DNA from: Gemmatimonadales bacterium | Lineage (GTDB): Bacteria > Gemmatimonadota > Gemmatimonadetes > Gemmatimonadales > GWC2-71-9 | Direction: 5' to 3' | DNA: 64,000 nt | Assembly (NCBI GenBank): GCA_036556025.1 | Contig: DATBKD010000046.1 | Span: 4,718 to 68,717, forward strand | In this document: positions 36,074-45,347 of the stretch, in pieces | How the letters are laid out: each line of letters starts with the position of its first letter | Numbering within the stretch: the first letter of the stretch is position 1 | Notes under the pieces: generated by a model | What the model was told of the DNA's origin: nothing | What the model saw: the letters and a program-made list of their open reading frames with translations, nothing else | The model's database searches: none | Translations under genes and position numbers: made by a program

Positions 36074-37144
36074 CTACTGCCGGCCGCCCACAGCGGCTTC
36101 CAGCCGGGCGAAGGCACTGTCTCCCTCCGCGCCCTCCATCAACCGGCCCAGCTCGGACACGCTCCGCCGCACGTCGCGGCCGTGGGTCTGGTACCAGCGG
36201 TCGAACAGGTCCAGCCTGGTCCGATAAATCCGGGCACCGATGAGGCGGGCGTTGTTGACCGGTCGCTCGGCCAGCTTGCCGATGCGGAGCGTCCGGAGTT
36301 GGGCACCGACCGGTCCCTCCAACTGCGCCCGGGCCCACGCTCCAGCCTCCGCTCTCCCCGCCTCGAGAGAGGCCGAATCCGGGTGGCCGGCATACAGCGC
36401 GTTCAGCCGCTGTACCAGCGCCTCGTAGTATTGGCCGAGCACCATCTCGTCGTGCCAGCGATCGCCGGCATGCCGAGCACCGGCGCTATCGCTGCGATCG
36501 GCAAAGAAGGATTGCGCCGCATGGTAGCCCACAAATTGGGCGAAGCTCTCGTTGAAGGGGGTCGCGCTCTTCACGTAGAGCGTGTTGTGGGCAATCTCGT
36601 GGAAGACGGTTGCGGCGAGCTCGACCGAGTCGCTGGTCAGGGCAGTACTGAGCAGCGGATCGTTGAACCAGCCCAGGGTGGAGAAGGCGCCGGACGGCCG
36701 GAGGTAGACGTCGTACCCGAGCGCGGCGAGCCGATTGGCCTCCCGCTCGGCCGCCTTGGTGTCGAAGAATCCCTTGTAAGGAATGCGCCCGACGATGGGA
36801 TACTTCCAGGTGTACGGGCAAATGCAATTCTTGGGCGCCGCCTGCAGCACCAGGAGCAGGGTGTCCCGGCCCACGTCCGCGTAGGTGGTATACGTCTCCT
36901 TGGCCTTCAGACCCAAGTGTGCGGCATAGTTCCGGCTGTCCAGAACCAGCCGCAGCGACTGCCGCACGGCGGGGTCGAGGTTCGGCCGGCTCACCAGCGT
37001 GGTGATTGGCTCGCTGTTCTGCAGGATTCGAGTCTCCTCGATCCCCGCCCGGGTGAGATAGCGGACATCGTCACTGGCCAGATACGCGGTGCCGTAGCCG
37101 GCGAAGAGGACGGCGACAATGGCGAGGAAGATCACGCGCTTCAC
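36074..37144 (-). CDS. Putative zinc aminopeptidase (DUF2265/PF10023-like)
   Basis: N-terminal TM/signal segment. YRGYF-type region (IPYKGFFD) and VFHEIAHNTLY (HExxH). GTGA overlap with the upstream protease gene. Confidence 0.7.
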   Translation of the reverse strand: MKRVIFLAIVAVLFAGYGTAYLASDDVRYLTRAGIEETRILQNSEPITTLVSRPNLDPAVRQSLRLVLDSRNYAAHLGLKAKETYTTYADVGRDTLLLVLQAAPKNCICPYTWKYPIVGRIPYKGFFDTKAAEREANRLAALGYDVYLRPSGAFSTLGWFNDPLLSTALTSDSVELAATVFHEIAHNTLYVKSATPFNESFAQFVGYHAAQSFFADRSDSAGARHAGDRWHDEMVLGQYYEALVQRLNALYAGHPDSASLEAGRAEAGAWARAQLEGPVGAQLRTLRIGKLAERPVNNARLIGARIYRTRLDLFDRWYQTHGRDVRRSVSELGRLMEGAEGDSAFARLEAAVGGRQ

Positions 37145-38829
37145 CGAATCCGCGCGAGGCCGACTCGCGGCTGGATCGAGTCGGCGACGGCGGAGGTGCC
37201 ATCGGTATCCAGCAGGCGCAGGTCCACCGTTCCAGCCGACGGTGGCTGCACGACGAGCAGGTGCCTTCCGGAGCCCGCCCGCAGAGAGCCGCTGCGAGCG
37301 TAACTCGCTCCGCTGGTGCTGTCGGGGACCAGGGGATAGCTCAAAGGAAAAGTACCGGGATTGGTCTGATTCAATCCGCCATAGACCTGACGCAGGTTCC
37401 AGCTGACATACTGCAGCCGCGGGTTCGCGGGCGTGAAGCCGGGCAGGTCATCCAGGTAATTGGCCAATTGCCACTCGCCGACCAGGGTCGGGAAAGGTAC
37501 CCCGGTCGCAGCGCCGACATTGTCGCCCCCCCTCAGGCTCGTCCCATCCAGTTTCCGCGTGAGGTCGGTGCCGAGATCCGGCGTCTGGGCAAAGTGATCT
37601 GCCAACCAGCGGACGAAGAGCCAGGCTGCGCCATACTCCGTCAGCGGAATAGGCGGAGTATTCGGCCCGATCAAGAAATTCTGCTCCACGTTCAAGAGAT
37701 AGCTGTACGCGTTATCGAAGTCATCGAACACGAACTGACTCAGACAGTCGTTGTCAGCGCAGAGCGAGTCGGGTACGGTCCGGCCACCAATCTCCTCCGC
37801 AAAGGTCGAAAGACCCTCGTTGAGCCAGGTTTGCTCCGCCTTTCCCCTCCGGAGCAACACGTGCTGATTGTAGCTGATCATGTGCTGAAACTCATGGATC
37901 AGGACGCGGGGCAAGAGGCGAGTGGCCTCCTGTGAGCTGATGGAGCAATCCGGGTCAGGGGTCAGGCCGTAGAAGATTTCTGCGTTATTCGAGCCAGCGA
38001 CGTTGGCAATGAGGTCCCGGGCAAAGAAGAATCCAATGATGATCTCACTGCCCGAGCACCCAGCCAGTTTCGTTACTCGATCGCTCAGGAGCACGAGGAC
38101 CACGCCGTCGCTGTTGACGTCGGACTCGGCGCCAAAGGCCGCCACGTCGGCAGGGTAGAGATATCGGTCGAACATCCTCCCGATGTGATCGATATCGTCC
38201 TGAGAGTAGGTGGGCCTCGGGGCTTCATTGTCCAGATAGATCGCGGCGTGCGTGCCCACGTACTTGGCGGTCCCGGTCACCTGGACATAATCGCTCAACA
38301 ATTTTCCGGTCACCCGGTTACTCCGGAGCACGTTGAAGCTGCGCTGTTCTCCGAGTGTCGGCTCAGCCTGGGCGACAACCGCCGCCGAAGGCCCGTTGAA
38401 AAGCATCGCCTGCGGGTCTTCCGAGAGATCCTGTTCCATTGCCCGAAGCCTCTGATGGAACTCCCGCGCGGTGCTCGGCGATTGAAAAGCGCCGAGCAGG
38501 GGCGACGTCACCGAGGTGGTGGCTGCCGCAGTCGATTCGGGCAGGCTGGCGCTCAGATCATATGGTGCCTGCACGCCTTCGGTGTTCTCGCGGGCAGCGG
38601 TTCCCACCGCGACATATAGGTACTCGGCCCCGTCCGGGCCCGCGTTGGGCAGCCGGACGCAGGCGGTATCCTGCGCATCCAGCACCGCGGATTGGCCGAC
38701 GGACAGAACCGTTGGGGTGACGGCGGAGCAGTCCAGGACCGAGGGGGTGGTCGGACCAACGCCCCCATCTCCGCAGCCCGCCATGAAGACGGCGCCCGAG
38801 AGCGCGACGACCGAGAATGTGCGGAACAC
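37141..38829 (-). CDS. Secreted/lipoprotein HExxH zinc metalloprotease (M30-like)
   Basis: VLIHEFQHMISYNQH zinc motif. Start placed at the GTG at 38829 (VFRTFSVVALSGAVFMAGC lipoprotein signal), preceded by AGGGAG. The track start (TTG at 38901) would add 24 non-signal residues. Confidence 0.7.
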   Translation of the reverse strand: MFRTFSVVALSGAVFMAGCGDGGVGPTTPSVLDCSAVTPTVLSVGQSAVLDAQDTACVRLPNAGPDGAEYLYVAVGTAARENTEGVQAPYDLSASLPESTAAATTSVTSPLLGAFQSPSTAREFHQRLRAMEQDLSEDPQAMLFNGPSAAVVAQAEPTLGEQRSFNVLRSNRVTGKLLSDYVQVTGTAKYVGTHAAIYLDNEAPRPTYSQDDIDHIGRMFDRYLYPADVAAFGAESDVNSDGVVLVLLSDRVTKLAGCSGSEIIIGFFFARDLIANVAGSNNAEIFYGLTPDPDCSISSQEATRLLPRVLIHEFQHMISYNQHVLLRRGKAEQTWLNEGLSTFAEEIGGRTVPDSLCADNDCLSQFVFDDFDNAYSYLLNVEQNFLIGPNTPPIPLTEYGAAWLFVRWLADHFAQTPDLGTDLTRKLDGTSLRGGDNVGAATGVPFPTLVGEWQLANYLDDLPGFTPANPRLQYVSWNLRQVYGGLNQTNPGTFPLSYPLVPDSTSGASYARSGSLRAGSGRHLLVVQPPSAGTVDLRLLDTDGTSAVADSIQPRVGLARIR

Positions 38830-38929
38830 GAGGGGAAACTCCCTGCCGGTAAGCGGGGGCGCAAAGTCAGCAAGATAAGGAGCCACAACGGCTTTTGACA
38901 ATCGTCAGCGGTGCCGGTAGCTTCTCACG

Positions 38930-39574
38930 GTGTCCCAGAACAGTGGGCTGTCGAGGGTCAAGTTCGGCGTCGATGGGCTGGTGCCAGTGGTGGCTCAGGA
39001 GGTCCGGTCCGGAGACGTGCTGATGCTGGCCTTCGCCAACCGGGAAGCGCTCGAGCGCACGCTGTCGACCGGTCTGGCGCATTACTACAGCCGGTCGCGC
39101 GCCGCCCTGTGGCAAAAGGGAGAGACGTCCGGACACGTCCAGCGGGTCACGGAGGTCCGGCTGGACTGTGATCTGGACGCCGTGCTCTACCGGGTGGAAC
39201 AGACCGGACCCGCGTGCCACACCGGGGCCCGGACGTGTTTCTCCACGCCTGTAACCCGGGGGAATGGGAGGAGCACGGGGCAAGAGGATCCCGGGGGCCA
39301 CATCCTCACCCGGCTCGCGGCTACGATCGCGCGCCGGGCGAACCAACGTCCGGCCGACTCGTATACCGCGCAACTGCTCGACCGGGGCCTTCCCAAGATC
39401 TCGCAGAAGGTGGGCGAGGAGGCGATCGAGCTGGTGGTCGCCGCCAACGCGGAGACGGATGAGCGCCTCGCGTCCGAGGCCGCCGATCTCCTCTATCATC
39501 TGTTGGTCCTGCTGCAGGCTCGAGGGGTCCCGCTGGACGCGGTGTGGCGGGAGCTGGAAACACGAGAGAAGTAG
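38930..39574 (+). CDS. hisIE: Bifunctional phosphoribosyl-AMP cyclohydrolase / phosphoribosyl-ATP pyrophosphatase
   Basis: HisI part: GLVPVVAQE...YYSRSR..LW.KGETSGH...CDLDA..Y.V.Q.G.ACHTG. HisE part: YTAQLLDRG...KVGEEA.EL.VA...[12 protein letters not shown]. Confidence 0.9.
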   Translation: MSQNSGLSRVKFGVDGLVPVVAQEVRSGDVLMLAFANREALERTLSTGLAHYYSRSRAALWQKGETSGHVQRVTEVRLDCDLDAVLYRVEQTGPACHTGARTCFSTPVTRGNGRSTGQEDPGGHILTRLAATIARRANQRPADSYTAQLLDRGLPKISQKVGEEAIELVVAANAETDERLASEAADLLYHLLVLLQARGVPLDAVWRELETREK

Positions 39575-39702
39575 CTAACAGCTAACAGCTAACAGCTATC
39601 AGCTAACAGCTACTCCTTGGGGGTCTTCACCGTCAGTTGGCCGAAGTCAGCCTGATAGCTGTTAGCTGTTAGCTGTTAGCTGTTAGCTGTTAGCTGTTAG
39701 CT
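39572..39702. repeat. Inverted heptamer arrays (AGCTAAC x6 versus AGCTGTT x6-7) forming a potential 35-40-bp stem
   Basis: Left arm 39573-39613: agctaac x3, agctatc, agctaac, agctac. It begins inside the hisIE TAG. A 39-nt spacer follows. Right arm 39653-39702: agctgtt x5, agctgat, agct. The arms are reverse complements except at the A/T variant position. Confidence 0.9.
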
Positions 39703-39741
39703 GATAGCTCTCAATCATATTGGACTTGCGAACACGCACCC

Positions 39742-42700
39742 ATGTCCTTCGTTCATCTCCATACTCATAGCGAATACTCTCTTCTCGACGGCGCCAATCG
39801 GATCACCGAGCTGGTGGCGCAGGTGAAGAAGTTGGGGATGGACAGCCTGGCGGTGACCGATCACGGGAATCTCCACGCCGCCTGGTCCTTCTATGAGCAG
39901 GCCAAGGCCCAGAAGATTCGGCCCATCCTGGGGTTCGAGGCGTACCTCGCGTTCGGCCCGCGGCAGGCCCGAGACAAGCCTAGCTGGGCCCCGGCGCCGT
40001 ACAGCCATCTGGTCCTGCTGGCGAAGAACCGCGTGGGATACCGAAACCTGATTCGGCTGAGCTCGATCGGGTACATCGAGGGCTTCTACCGCCGGCCCCG
40101 GATCGATAAGGAGGTGCTCGAGCAACATGCCGAGGGCCTCGTGTGCCTTGCGGCGTGCCTCTCGGGTGAGATCGCGCTGCACCTGCGTCAGAGCAAGTAC
40201 GAGGATGCCAAGGCAAGCGCGCAGTGGTTTGCCAGGACCTTCGGCACCGATGGGTTCTGGCTGGAGGTGCAGCAGCACGGCATCGCGGAAGAGCGCATCG
40301 TCACCGAGGGCATGCTCCGGCTGGGGCAGGAGCTTGGGCTTGGCGTGGTGGCCACCAACGACGCGCACTACCTCAGGCGGGAAGACGCCGAGGCGCACGA
40401 TGTGCTGCTCGCCATCGGCACCGGCAGTGACCTGGATGACCCCAAGCGTTTCCGCTTTCTCGGTGAGGAGTCCTACGTCAAGTCCGAGCGGGAGATGCGG
40501 ACGCTGTTTCCCGACCACCCCGAAGTTCTGGCCAACACCGAGCGAGTGGCCGATCTGTGCGAGTTTGAGTTCGAGAAGAAATATTTCCTGCCCAGTTTTC
40601 CCCGGCCCGAAGCCTACGCGAGCGACGAATCCCTGTTGGAGCACCTGGCCACCCACGGCGCCGAGCGGCGCTACGGCACTCCGCTCCCAGCCCCCGTCGC
40701 CGAGCGGTTGGGCTACGAGCTCGGCGTCATCAATCGGGCGGGCTACGCCGGCTATTTCCTCATTGTGCAGGACTTCATCGCCGCGGCCCGCGAGCGGGGG
40801 ATTCCGGTCGGTCCCGGGCGAGGCTCCGCCGCGGGATCGATCGTGGCGTACGCTCTCGGCATCACCAACGTCTGCCCGCTCAAGTTCGACCTGCTGTTCG
40901 AGCGGTTTCTCAATCCAGAGCGGGTGTCAATGCCGGATATCGACGTCGACTTCTGCTTCGAGCGCCGGGGTGAGGTGATCGAGTACGTACGGGAGCGCTA
41001 CGGGCGGGCCAGCGTCGGACAGATCGTGACCTTCGGCACCATGAAGGCGCGGGCCGCGGTCAAGGACGTTGCCCGGGTGCTGCGGATTCCTCCCGGTGAA
41101 GCCGATCGGATTACCAAGCTGATTCCCTCCGGTCCGGCCTACAGTCTGACCATCGAGGATGCCCGGAGGAAGGTGGACGAGCTCAGGGAATTGGTCAGAG
41201 GCAACCCGGTCTACGACCGGCTGATGAATCTGAGCTCGCGAATCGAGGGCATCTCGCGCCACATGTCGGTCCATGCCGCGGGCGTGGTGATCGCGCCGGG
41301 GCCGCTTTCCGAGTATGTCCCGGTGTGCACCGCGCCCACCAAGGGGGCCGGGGCCGCGGCGGACGGCGAGGAGTCCATCATCACGCAGTACGAGATGGGC
41401 GCGCTCGAGAAGGTCGGCATGCTCAAGATGGACCTGCTCGGCCTCAAGACCTTGACCGTCATTCACGACGCCTGCGAGACGATTGGCCGCCGCACCGGCC
41501 TCATGGTGAACATGGACGCGCTCGACTTCGACGACCCGGAGGTGTACCAGCTGCTCCGGGATGGCCGCACGTCAGGCGTCTTTCAGTTCGAGTCGCCGCT
41601 GGCGACCGAGACCTTGCGCTCGATGAAGTGCGACCGGTTCGACGACCTGGTCGCCACCAACGCCCTGCTGCGTCCGGGGCCGCTGGACGCCGGCATGCAC
41701 ACCGTCTTTATCCGCCGCAAGCTGGGGCTGGAAAAAGTTACCTACCCCCACCCTCTGCTCAAGGACATTCTCGAGCCCACCTACGGCGTCATCACCTATC
41801 AGGAGCAGGTGATGCGGATCGCCAATGTGCTTGCCGGCTTCAGCCTCGCCGAAGCCGATGTGTTGCGAAAGGCAGTCGGCAAGAAGGACGCGGAGTTGAT
41901 CAAGAAGGAGCTGGGGAAGTTCTGCGAGCGGGCGATGGCCCTGGGACATCCCAAGCGGCTGGTGGACGATCTCGCGGCCCAGATCGAGACCTTTGGTCGC
42001 TATGGCTTCAACAAGTCGCACTCGGTCGCGTATTCCATTCTGAGCTTCCAGACCGCCTGGCTCAAGGCACATTACCCAGCCGAGTTCATGGCGGCGCTGC
42101 TCTCCTCTGAGATCGGCAACACCGACAAGGTGGTGCAATACATCAACGAGGCCCGCGAGCTGGGGCTGGAGATCCTCCCGCCGGACGTCAACGAATCCGG
42201 ATTCAAGTTCACCGTGGTCGGAGACCGGCGGATCCGGTTCGGCCTGGGGGCGGTCCGCAACGTGGGCGAGGGGGCCATCGATTCCATCCTCAGCGGCCGC
42301 CGCGCCGACGCGTTCCATCACGTGGTCGATCTGGTGGAGCGCATCGATCTCCGGCTCTGCAACAAGCGGGTGCTCGAATCGCTGGTCGCGGCCGGCGCCT
42401 GCGATTCGCTCGGTGGCCACCGGAAGCAGCTCATCGAAGCACTGGAGCCTGCCCTGGCCGAGGCCCAGCTCCTTCAACAGGAGCGAGAGGCGGGACAGGG
42501 ATCCCTGTTCGGGGACGGCGGACTCGGCGGTCGGGGCGGACCCGTCGGTCCCAGCCCAATCGCCGCCGGGATCGACGTCACCGGCCCGACCGCCTATCCC
42601 GACGTCCCGCCCTGGACCGAAGCGGAGCGGTTGGCCAAGGAGAAGGACGTCCTGGGCTTCTTCATCTCCGGACATCCGCTGGAGCGCTATCGCGAGGAGG

Positions 42701-43269
42701 TCGAACTGTTCGGCACCCGCACCAGTGCCACACTGGGCAAGTGGAGCGAGCACCAGGTGTGCGTAGGGGCTGTCGTCACCGCGGTGAAGCGACAGATTTC
42801 CAAGAAGACGGGGAAGGAGTACGCCCGGCTGACCCTGGAGGATTTTCACGGCACCGCCGAAGCCATCGTATTTCCCGACGCCTGGGCCAAGCTCAATCAG
42901 ACCATCATGCCCGACGCCGCTCTTCTGCTCAACGGCGGTTACAGCGAGCGGGACCGGGGAGAGGACCATGCCCCGTTCATTGTGGAGTCGGCCCGGCCGC
43001 TTCAGGATCTCAAGGCCTCAGGCGCGGTCGCGTTGAGCTTCCGCTGGCGGGCTCCCTCGGCGCCCCGCCCCGAGGCGATGAAGGCGGCCGCGGCCCTGTG
43101 CTCCGCGCATCCCGGTCCGACGCCGCTCTATATTGAGTGGAACGACGGCAACGGAGAGTCGATCCGCCTCCGCTCCCGGCGCGTCCGCGTCGCGGCGGAA
43201 GAGGATCTGGTGCGGGCCCTGCGCGACTTGCTGGGGGCCGATTCGGTCCACTACGTCAAGGCGGGGTAA
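39742..43269 (+). CDS. dnaE: DNA polymerase III alpha subunit
   Basis: 1175 aa. PHP domain start FVHLHTHSEYSLLDG. Polymerase core (GPGRGSAAGS, PDIDVDF) and OB-fold region. Confidence 0.95.
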   Translation: MSFVHLHTHSEYSLLDGANRITELVAQVKKLGMDSLAVTDHGNLHAAWSFYEQAKAQKIRPILGFEAYLAFGPRQARDKPSWAPAPYSHLVLLAKNRVGYRNLIRLSSIGYIEGFYRRPRIDKEVLEQHAEGLVCLAACLSGEIALHLRQSKYEDAKASAQWFARTFGTDGFWLEVQQHGIAEERIVTEGMLRLGQELGLGVVATNDAHYLRREDAEAHDVLLAIGTGSDLDDPKRFRFLGEESYVKSEREMRTLFPDHPEVLANTERVADLCEFEFEKKYFLPSFPRPEAYASDESLLEHLATHGAERRYGTPLPAPVAERLGYELGVINRAGYAGYFLIVQDFIAAARERGIPVGPGRGSAAGSIVAYALGITNVCPLKFDLLFERFLNPERVSMPDIDVDFCFERRGEVIEYVRERYGRASVGQIVTFGTMKARAAVKDVARVLRIPPGEADRITKLIPSGPAYSLTIEDARRKVDELRELVRGNPVYDRLMNLSSRIEGISRHMSVHAAGVVIAPGPLSEYVPVCTAPTKGAGAAADGEESIITQYEMGALEKVGMLKMDLLGLKTLTVIHDACETIGRRTGLMVNMDALDFDDPEVYQLLRDGRTSGVFQFESPLATETLRSMKCDRFDDLVATNALLRPGPLDAGMHTVFIRRKLGLEKVTYPHPLLKDILEPTYGVITYQEQVMRIANVLAGFSLAEADVLRKAVGKKDAELIKKELGKFCERAMALGHPKRLVDDLAAQIETFGRYGFNKSHSVAYSILSFQTAWLKAHYPAEFMAALLSSEIGNTDKVVQYINEARELGLEILPPDVNESGFKFTVVGDRRIRFGLGAVRNVGEGAIDSILSGRRADAFHHVVDLVERIDLRLCNKRVLESLVAAGACDSLGGHRKQLIEALEPALAEAQLLQQEREAGQGSLFGDGGLGGRGGPVGPSPIAAGIDVTGPTAYPDVPPWTEAERLAKEKDVLGFFISGHPLERYREEVELFGTRTSATLGKWSEHQVCVGAVVTAVKRQISKKTGKEYARLTLEDFHGTAEAIVFPDAWAKLNQTIMPDAALLLNGGYSERDRGEDHAPFIVESARPLQDLKASGAVALSFRWRAPSAPRPEAMKAAAALCSAHPGPTPLYIEWNDGNGESIRLRSRRVRVAAEEDLVRALRDLLGADSVHYVKAG

Positions 43270-43273
43270 CCCG

Positions 43274-44236
43274 ATGCCCTCAGCGTACACGCTGGAGTTC
43301 GAGAAGCCCCTCCTCGAGCTGGAGCGCGAGATTGAGGACCTGAAGCGGGTTGGGACCGAGCGGCAGATCGACATCGAGGGAGAGCTGCAGGGTCTTCAGG
43401 CCAAGCTGGAGTCGCTGCGAGCGGAGATCTACCGCAACTTGACACCGATACAGCGGGTCATGGTCGCCCGCCACCCTCGCCGTCCCTACACCCTCGATTA
43501 TCTCAGCACCATCTTCACCGACTTCATCGAACTCCACGGCGACCGGCTCTACATGGACGATCCGGCCGTCGTGGGTGGATGGGCCCGGCTCGCGGGCGTG
43601 TCAGTCATGGTGGTGGGTCATCAGAAAGGCCGCGACACCAAGGAAAATCTCAAGCGAAACTTCGGCATGCCGCACCCTGAAGGCTATCGCAAGGCGCTCC
43701 GCCTGATGCGGCTCGCCGCCAAGTTCGGGGCACCGGTGATCACCCTGATTGACACCCCGGGCGCCTATCCCGGCCTCGGCGCCGAAGAACGGGGCCAGTC
43801 GGAAGCGCTCGCCCGCAACATTCTGGAGATGTCGATGCTCCCCACGCCGATCATCGCGGTCGTGATTGGCGAGGGCGGATCGGGCGGGGCGCTCGCGCTC
43901 GGTGTCGCGGATCGCATCCTCATGCTGGAGAACTCGGTCTATTCGGTGATCTCGCCGGAAGGCTGCGCAGCGATTCTCTGGAAGGATGCAAGCCAGCGGG
44001 AGCGTGCGGCCGAGGCGCTCAAGATCACGGCGGACGATTTGCTGCGCCTCAAGCTGATCGACGAGATCATCAAGGAGCCGATCGGGGGGGCCCATATCGA
44101 CCCGGATGCCACCGGCGAGGCCCTCCGGGGGGCGCTTATCCGGCACGTCACCGAGCTGCGCAAGCTTCGGCCGGAGAAGCTGGTGCGGCGGCGCGCCGAG
44201 AAGTACGCGGCCATGGGCGCATTTTCCGAGGTCTGA
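43274..44236 (+). CDS. accA: Acetyl-CoA carboxylase carboxyltransferase alpha subunit
   Basis: ATG at 43274. LEFEKPLLELE..IE.L, RHPRRPYTLDY and IDTPGAYPG..AEERGQSEA..N motifs. Confidence 0.9.
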   Translation: MPSAYTLEFEKPLLELEREIEDLKRVGTERQIDIEGELQGLQAKLESLRAEIYRNLTPIQRVMVARHPRRPYTLDYLSTIFTDFIELHGDRLYMDDPAVVGGWARLAGVSVMVVGHQKGRDTKENLKRNFGMPHPEGYRKALRLMRLAAKFGAPVITLIDTPGAYPGLGAEERGQSEALARNILEMSMLPTPIIAVVIGEGGSGGALALGVADRILMLENSVYSVISPEGCAAILWKDASQRERAAEALKITADDLLRLKLIDEIIKEPIGGAHIDPDATGEALRGALIRHVTELRKLRPEKLVRRRAEKYAAMGAFSEV

Positions 44237-45316
44237 GTGAGCCAGACGGTTGAAGTCCGGTTCAAAGGCACCCGTAAGGGCTACTTCACCTGGCCTGAGG
44301 GCGCCGACCCGATTCACCTCGGCGACGCCGTCATCGTCGAGGTGGAGCGGGGGCGCGACCTGGGGCGGGTCACGGCGGTAGGTGACGTCGCTACCAAGAA
44401 GTGTGCCGGGAGCTGCTCCGGCTGTGCCCTGGGGGACGAGGCGACCGAAGCTAATGCGCCGGCACCGCCCAAGCCGGTGCTTCGTCTCGCCACCTCCGAT
44501 GACCTCAGGATCCACGCCGAGGTTCGCCGCTCCGACGAGGACGCCCGCCTCAAGGTGATCCAGAGGGTGCGCGCCCACGAACTGATCATGAAGGTGAGCG
44601 ATACCGAGTGGCAGTGGGACCGCAACAAACTGACCATCTACTTCACCGCGGAGAAGCGAGTCGACTTCCGGGCCCTGGTGCGGGATCTCGCCTCGACCTT
44701 CCGGACCCGCATCGAGCTGCGCCAGATCGGGGTGCGCGATGAGGCCGCCCGCCTCTCCGGCGTGGGCCGATGCGGCCGCGAATACTGCTGCTCCAGCTGG
44801 CTGACCGAGCTCTCACCAATCAACCTGGGCCTGGCCAAGGACCAGCACCTCTCGCTCAATCCGTCCCAGATCTCGGGCGGCTGCGGCCGGCTGCTCTGCT
44901 GCCTCAAGTACGAACACGAGTTCTACGTCACTGCTCGGCGACGCTTTCCCAAAGAGGGAAAGACCCTCAGGACCGCGGTCGGGCCGGAGAAGGTGATCGC
45001 GGTGGACATTTTCCGTGAGAGGGTCTTCCTGCGCAGTGAGGAGAACGCGACCCGGATCATTCCCCTGGTTCAACTGCGAGAGGAGGTCGAACAGATGGGC
45101 GAGGTGTTGGTGACGGCTGAGTCGCGAAGTGGGGTGGCGGTGGCGGCCGAAGCCGAGACTCCGCCTGCGGTGGAGGAGCAGGAGCCGCCGCTCCCCGGAG
45201 AAGCTGTAACGGAGCCGGCTGATTCCTCCGCCGGGACCACGCCGCGTCGGAGCTCCCGACAACGGCGGCGCCGGCGGCGTGGAGGCGGCTCGGGGGGAAG
45301 CGCCAACCCAGGTTAG
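44237..45316 (+). CDS. PSP1 domain protein (RicT/YaaT-like) with Arg/Gly-rich C-terminal tail
   Basis: GTG start right after the accA stop. KLTIYFTAEKRVDFR.LV.DLAS.F..RIELRQIG.RD and GxCGRxxCC / CGRLLCCLKYE Cys motifs of the PSP1 C-terminal domain. Confidence 0.8.
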   Translation: MSQTVEVRFKGTRKGYFTWPEGADPIHLGDAVIVEVERGRDLGRVTAVGDVATKKCAGSCSGCALGDEATEANAPAPPKPVLRLATSDDLRIHAEVRRSDEDARLKVIQRVRAHELIMKVSDTEWQWDRNKLTIYFTAEKRVDFRALVRDLASTFRTRIELRQIGVRDEAARLSGVGRCGREYCCSSWLTELSPINLGLAKDQHLSLNPSQISGGCGRLLCCLKYEHEFYVTARRRFPKEGKTLRTAVGPEKVIAVDIFRERVFLRSEENATRIIPLVQLREEVEQMGEVLVTAESRSGVAVAAEAETPPAVEEQEPPLPGEAVTEPADSSAGTTPRRSSRQRRRRRRGGGSGGSANPG

Positions 45317-45347
45317 ATTCCCCGCCGACCGATCAGGAGCTCACCGG

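Noticed and set aside
35768-37303. 511-aa plus-strand ORF
   Set aside because: It is antisense to the HEIAH aminopeptidase-like gene and has no protein-like features.
41572-42969. 465-aa minus-strand ORF
   Set aside because: It lies entirely inside dnaE on the opposite strand and is a shadow frame.
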